DNA of 64,000 nucleotides from the NCBI RefSeq assembly GCF_009914755.1, contig NC_060943.1; one strand, written 5' to 3'. The DNA is from the human T2T-CHM13v2.0 reference genome, Homo sapiens. Below the pieces are notes generated by a model. The model saw nothing but the letters and a program-made list of their open reading frames with translations, made no database searches and was not told the origin of the DNA. The translations under genes and the position numbers were made by a program. Shown one piece after another: positions 57,740 through 64,000 of this stretch (its first letter is position 1; each line of letters starts with the position of its first letter).

Positions 57740-57845
57740 CTATCAGCAGGTGAGTGGTCTCAACTTGGCTATCTTACAAATACCTTGTGAGTTAGCTACA
57801 ATCAGATGCACTTGAACCTGGAATCCTATCTGGGAGGCAATCTTA

Positions 57846-57938
<93 letters not shown>

Positions 57939-58992
57939 TTAAAAACAGCCTGGCCAACACAATGAAGCCCTGTCTCTACTGAAAGTACAAAAATCCGCTG
58001 AGCATGGCTGTGTACCTCTGCTCCCAGTTACTCAGGAGGCTGAGGTGGGAGGATCACTTGAGCCTGGGAGGAAGAAGTTACAGCGAATTGAGATCACGTC
58101 ACCTCACTCCAGCCTGGGTGACAGTGAGATCCTGTCTCAAAAAAAAAAAAAAAACAAAAAAAACAAAGGCGCCTTTTTAATCACTCACTGACACGTGTAG
58201 AGGAGCAAAAAGTTTGAGTTGCTGGTTGGCCCAGGAGGTCAAGGCTGCAGTGAGCCAAGATGGCGTTACCACACTCCAGCCTGGGCAACCGAGTGAGACC
58301 GTGTTTCAAAAAATAAAGTGGCAGGGTGCAGTGGCTCATGCCTGTAATTCCAGCACTTTGGGAGGCCGAGGCAGGTGGATCACCTAAGGTCAGGAGTTCG
58401 TAGACCAGCCTGTCTCTACTAAAGAGACAGGTGAAACCCTGTCTCTCTAAAACCACAAAAATCAGGCGGGCATGGTGGCACATAGCTATAATCTCATCTA
58501 CTTGGAGGCACGAGAACTGCTTGAATCCAGGAGGCAGAGGCTACAGTGAGCCGAGATCATGCCACAGCACTCCAGCCCTGGCGAGAGAGCAAGACTGTCT
58601 CAAAGAATAACTTCAAAGATGGAAGTTATTTAACCTCTCTGCTCAAAAGCCTCAGTGCTTCCCTATGTCAATCCAGGTAAAATCCTATATTGACGATGGC
58701 TTCAGGGTCTTCTGTGAGCTGGCCACTGCTTACCTATGACCTCATCTTGACAATCCTCCCTGTCTCACTCATGCCCGCTGCCTGGATGTTCTATTTTACG
58801 TGTCAGTCACATGTATCTTCAGGGCCTCTGCACAAGCTATTTCTCTGCCTGGAGAACTCCCCCCCGAGCTCTATGACTCGGTCTCTTCACCCCCTCACCT
58901 CCAACCATTGTAGCCAGAACCCCCAGTTATTCCCTGTACCCCTTGCCCTTCAGAACCCCTCATCGCCTCCATATTTTCCTGTTAGCAGATGA

Positions 58993-59212
<220 letters not shown>

Positions 59213-59417
59213 TAGGTTGGTCTTGAACTCCTTGACCTCAGGTGATCCATCCACCTCGGCCTCCCAAAGTGCTGGGATTACAGGCGTGAACCACCGTGCC
59301 CGGCCTGAGACTTCTGTTGGTCATGCAGATCCCCAACACACGAGGGTGGGCTTGGCTTGCCGGAGGGCATCGATCAGCACTGGCTGCATTAACGTGTTGA
59401 TTTCTGTGTTTCCCCAG

Positions 59418-59588
59418 GTTGTGGGGATGTTCCATCCCTCCGTTCAGTTGTGAAGACCTCTGCTCTGCCCTCAGCTGCAACCAGAGCCTCGTCACTCTGG
59501 ACCTGGGTCAGAATCCCTTGGGGTCTAGTGGAGTGAAGATGCTGTTTGAAACCTTGACATGTTCCAGTGGCACCCTCCGGACACTCAG
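59418..59588 (+). CDS. NLRP2: NLRP2 exon 12 (171 nt, LRR)
   Basis: tccccag|GTTG...CTCAG|gtatga; LWGCSIPPFSCEDLCSALSCNQSLVTLDLGQNPLG... Confidence 0.95.
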
Positions 59589-60692
59589 GTATGATCCATT
59601 TACTTCCCCATCAGGCTTTCTCCAGAGTGGTAGGTTTAGGGGAAGCATAATGACATGGACCTGCTGTAGGAGACTGATCTGGTAGCTGGATTACAGGTTC
59701 CCGCCATCACACCCAGCCAATTTCTGTATTTCACTTGGAGAAACGGGGTTTCACCATGTTGGTCAGGCTGGTCTCAAACTCCTGACCTCAGGTGATCCGC
59801 CCGCCTCGGCCTCCCAAAGTGCTGGGATTACAGGCGTGAGCAACCGCACCCGGCCACCTTTTTTTTTTTTTTCCTTTGAGGCAAGAACTCACTATGTTCC
59901 CCAGGCTGGAGTCCAGCAGCACAATGATGGCTCGCTGCAGGCTCGCTCCAGCTCCTGGGCTCAAGCAATCCTCCTGCCTCAGTTCCTGAGTAGGTAGGTT
60001 TATAAGCATGAACCATTGCACCCAGCCACGGCTGCCGTCTACCTGCTCATGATAGCCATTTGTCACTGGGCTGTGTTTTGTTTGTTGCATTTTGTCAGGG
60101 TTTTGGGGTTTTGTTTTGTTTTTTCTTTCTTTTTTTTTTTTTTTTTCTGAGATGGAGTCTCACTCTGTTGCCCAGGCTGGGGTGCAGTGGTTGCTAACTG
60201 CAACCTCCACCTCCCAGGTTCCAGCTATTCTCATGCTTCAGCCTCCCAAGTAGCTGGGATTACAGGCATGCACCACCACACCTAGGTAATTTTTGTATTT
60301 TTAGTAGAGACAGGGTTTTGCCATGTTGGCCAGGGTGGTCTCAAACTCCTGACCTCCGTGATTTGCCCACCTCAGCATCCCAAAGTGCTGGGATTACAGG
60401 CATGAGCCACCGCACCCGGCCTGAGTTGTATTTTGATACCATGGCATCAAAGAACCAAGAAGCCCCTTCCTAGGAATGTGGGAACTTCAGAAATTCTCAC
60501 AAGCAATATACTCTACTGCTGGCTTAAAATAATCTTTATGTAGAAGAAACATAGATTACTTGTTTATTTAACATGAAACTCAGCCTAAGATACTTTGTAA
60601 GTCAAAAGACATATGGACACTAAGGGTTTTTTTAAGCTTTAAGTTTGTTTGTTTGTTTATTTATTATTTATTTTGGAGACAGTTTTACTCTT

Positions 60693-61429
<737 letters not shown>

Positions 61430-61814
61430 TAATAGAGACAGGGTTTCTCCATATTGGTCAGGCTGGTCTCGAACTCCTGACTTCAGGTGACCCGCCTGCC
61501 TCAGCCTCCCAAAGTGCTAAGATTACAGGCGTGAGCCACCATGCCTGGCCTGCATCTCCTCTGTTTAACTGGTACTCCGGGGTCCACTGAGTAGAAGTTG
61601 CCAAAGTGGGTGATAGAGCGGGTAAGCAGGTATTAGAGCTATAGCCCAGCTGTACTCAGCAATTCCATTTTCTGTGTATGATAATCAACAAGCATCTCAA
61701 ACTGCACAATGGCTATATACCATTACAAGGTTAACCTGATGTTATGTTTTTCTCTATCAGATCAACATGGTTGAGAATAAGAGGAATGAAAAAAAGGATT
61801 AAAAAGAGAAATGA

Positions 61815-61964
<150 letters not shown>

Positions 61965-62326
61965 TGAGTAGCTGGGATTATAGGGATGCACCATCACACC
62001 CAACTAACTTTTATATTTTTAGTAGAGATGGACTTTCACCATCTTGCCTAGGCTGGTCTCAAACTCCTGACCTCAAGTGATCTGCCCACCTCACTCTCCC
62101 AAAGTGCTGGCATTACAGGCATGACCCACCACATCTGGCCTCATTTTATATTTAAAAATAAAAAATAAGCAAATCAAGCCAGGTACAGTTTAGGCAACAT
62201 GGTAAAACCCCAACTCTACTAAAAATACAAAAATTAGCTGAGCATGGTGGCAGGTGCCTGTAGTCCCAGCTACTCGGGAGGCAGAGGATAGGATGGCTTG
62301 AACCCAAGAGGCACAGGTTGCAGTGA

Positions 62327-62590
<264 letters not shown>

Positions 62591-62866
62591 TAGCCAGGAT
62601 GGTCTTGATCTCCTGACCTCGTGATCCACCCGCCTCAGCCTCCTAAAGTGCTGGGAATTACAGGCATGAGCCATCACGCCCCACCTGAGACTGTCTTTTA
62701 AAAAAAAAAAAAAAAAATCAATGTGGAACACTCCTTTGCCACCTAGAATAATCAGGAAAGGTGACCCATGCCCTGTGCCTCCTTAACAGACTTTCAGGTA
62801 CTTGGGAATTTGAAACAAATCTCCTTGATGCACAAAGTAACCTTTTCTTCCCCCATTGTACCCCAG

Positions 62867-63005
62867 GTTGAAAATCGATGACTTTAATGATGAACTCAAT
62901 AAGCTGCTGGAAGAAATAGAAGAAAAAAACCCACAACTGATTATTGATACTGAGAAACATCATCCCTGGGCAGAAAGGCCTTCTTCTCATGACTTCATGA
63001 TCTGA
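62867..63005 (+). CDS. NLRP2: NLRP2 exon 13 coding part (C-terminus)
   Basis: ccccag|GTTG; LKIDDFNDELNKLLEEIEEKNPQLIIDTEKHHPWAERPSSHDFMI*; TGA at 63003-63005. Confidence 0.96.
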
Positions 63006-63221
63006 ATCCCCCCGAGTCATTCATTCTCCATGAAGTCATCGATTTTCCAGGTGTTGGTGAACTGCCTGTGACTCCTCTCCTCCCCGGCCCCTACCCCTCA
63101 GGGATAATGAGTTCATTGCTGGGCTAGATGTTTTAGCCATGATTCTGCCTCTGTTTTATACCTGCACACATCCTTATCTTTGTTACATATGAAATATCTG
63201 TATCACGGGTATATTGAGAGA

Positions 63222-63227
63222 AATAAA
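63222..63227 (+). terminator. NLRP2: NLRP2 polyadenylation signal
   Basis: AATAAA about 220 nt after the stop codon. Confidence 0.85.
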
Positions 63228-64000
63228 GGTGAGAGCATTCACAAATGAAGCTGTTACTTAATAATGGGCTTTGACAAGTTAGAGAAAAGATATCTTACTG
63301 GGTAGAACCTGGGGGGTGGGGGAAGTGACAGTGTTTAATTGCATTGATTTCTATTGCCTTGTCAATCTTTGCCTTGCCTTGGTATTTCCTTTCTTTTTTC
63401 TTTTCTTTTTTTTTTTTTTTTTTTTAGACTGAGTTTCACTCTGTTGCCCACGCTGGAGTACACTGGCACGATCTCAGCTTACTACAACCTGGCAGGTTCA
63501 AGCGATTCTCCTGTCTCAGCCTCCTGAGTAGCTGGGATTACAAGCATCCCCCACCACACCCGGCTAAATTTTTTTGTATTTTTAATAGAGATGAGGTTTC
63601 ACCATGTTGGCCAGTCTGGTCTCAAACTCCTGACCTCAAGTGATCCACCCACCTCAGCCTCCCAGAGTGCTGGGATTACAGGCATGAGCCACTGTACCCG
63701 GCTTTTTTTTTTTTCTTTTTCTTTTTCCTCAAGCATGAGTGTTGCTCTGTTGCCCAGGCTGGAATACAGCAGCATGATGATAGCTCACTGCAGCCTCAAG
63801 CTCCCAGGTTCAAGCGATCCTCCAGCCTCAGCCTCCTCAGTAGCTGGGACTACAGGTGCACACCACCAAACCAGGCCAATTTTTGTGGGATTTTTTTGAA
63901 GACAGGGTCTCACTATGTTGCCCAGGCTGATCTCAAACTCCCAGGCGCAAGTAATATTCCTGCCTCAGCCTCCCAAAGTGCTAGGATTACAGGTGTGAAC

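Overview
Human (hominoid) genomic DNA from the 19q13.42 NLRP7-NLRP2 locus, two head-to-head paralogous PYD-NACHT-LRR maternal-effect genes. The 5' half of NLRP7 (non-coding exon 1 and coding exons 2-5) lies on the minus strand at 334-9801 and runs off the left edge. The complete NLRP2 gene lies on the plus strand; 12 coding exons from ATG 32458 to TGA 63005 sum to 3189 nt = 1062 aa, all with GT-AG splice sites. Introns and the intergenic region are saturated with Alus, so most ORF-track entries are Alu artefacts. Also present: two HERV-K LTR5 solo LTRs, two HERV-E LTR2-family solo LTRs, MER41A and MER21 LTR pieces, a truncated young L1, a truncated SVA, an RPL36A retrocopy and a U6 fragment. 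I found no unknown protein-coding system. The most notable structure is (i) a recent 1239-bp Alu-mediated tandem duplication of the NLRP2 promoter/first exon with a chimeric junction Alu, (ii) a near-identical inverted block shared by the two NACHT exons that looks like a gene-conversion tract, and (iii) a nested cluster of ERV LTRs between the two promoters, one with a 36-bp triplication that creates TEAD-like motifs. Repeat family names and variant names are from memory of consensus sequences and need RepeatMasker/dbSNP confirmation.
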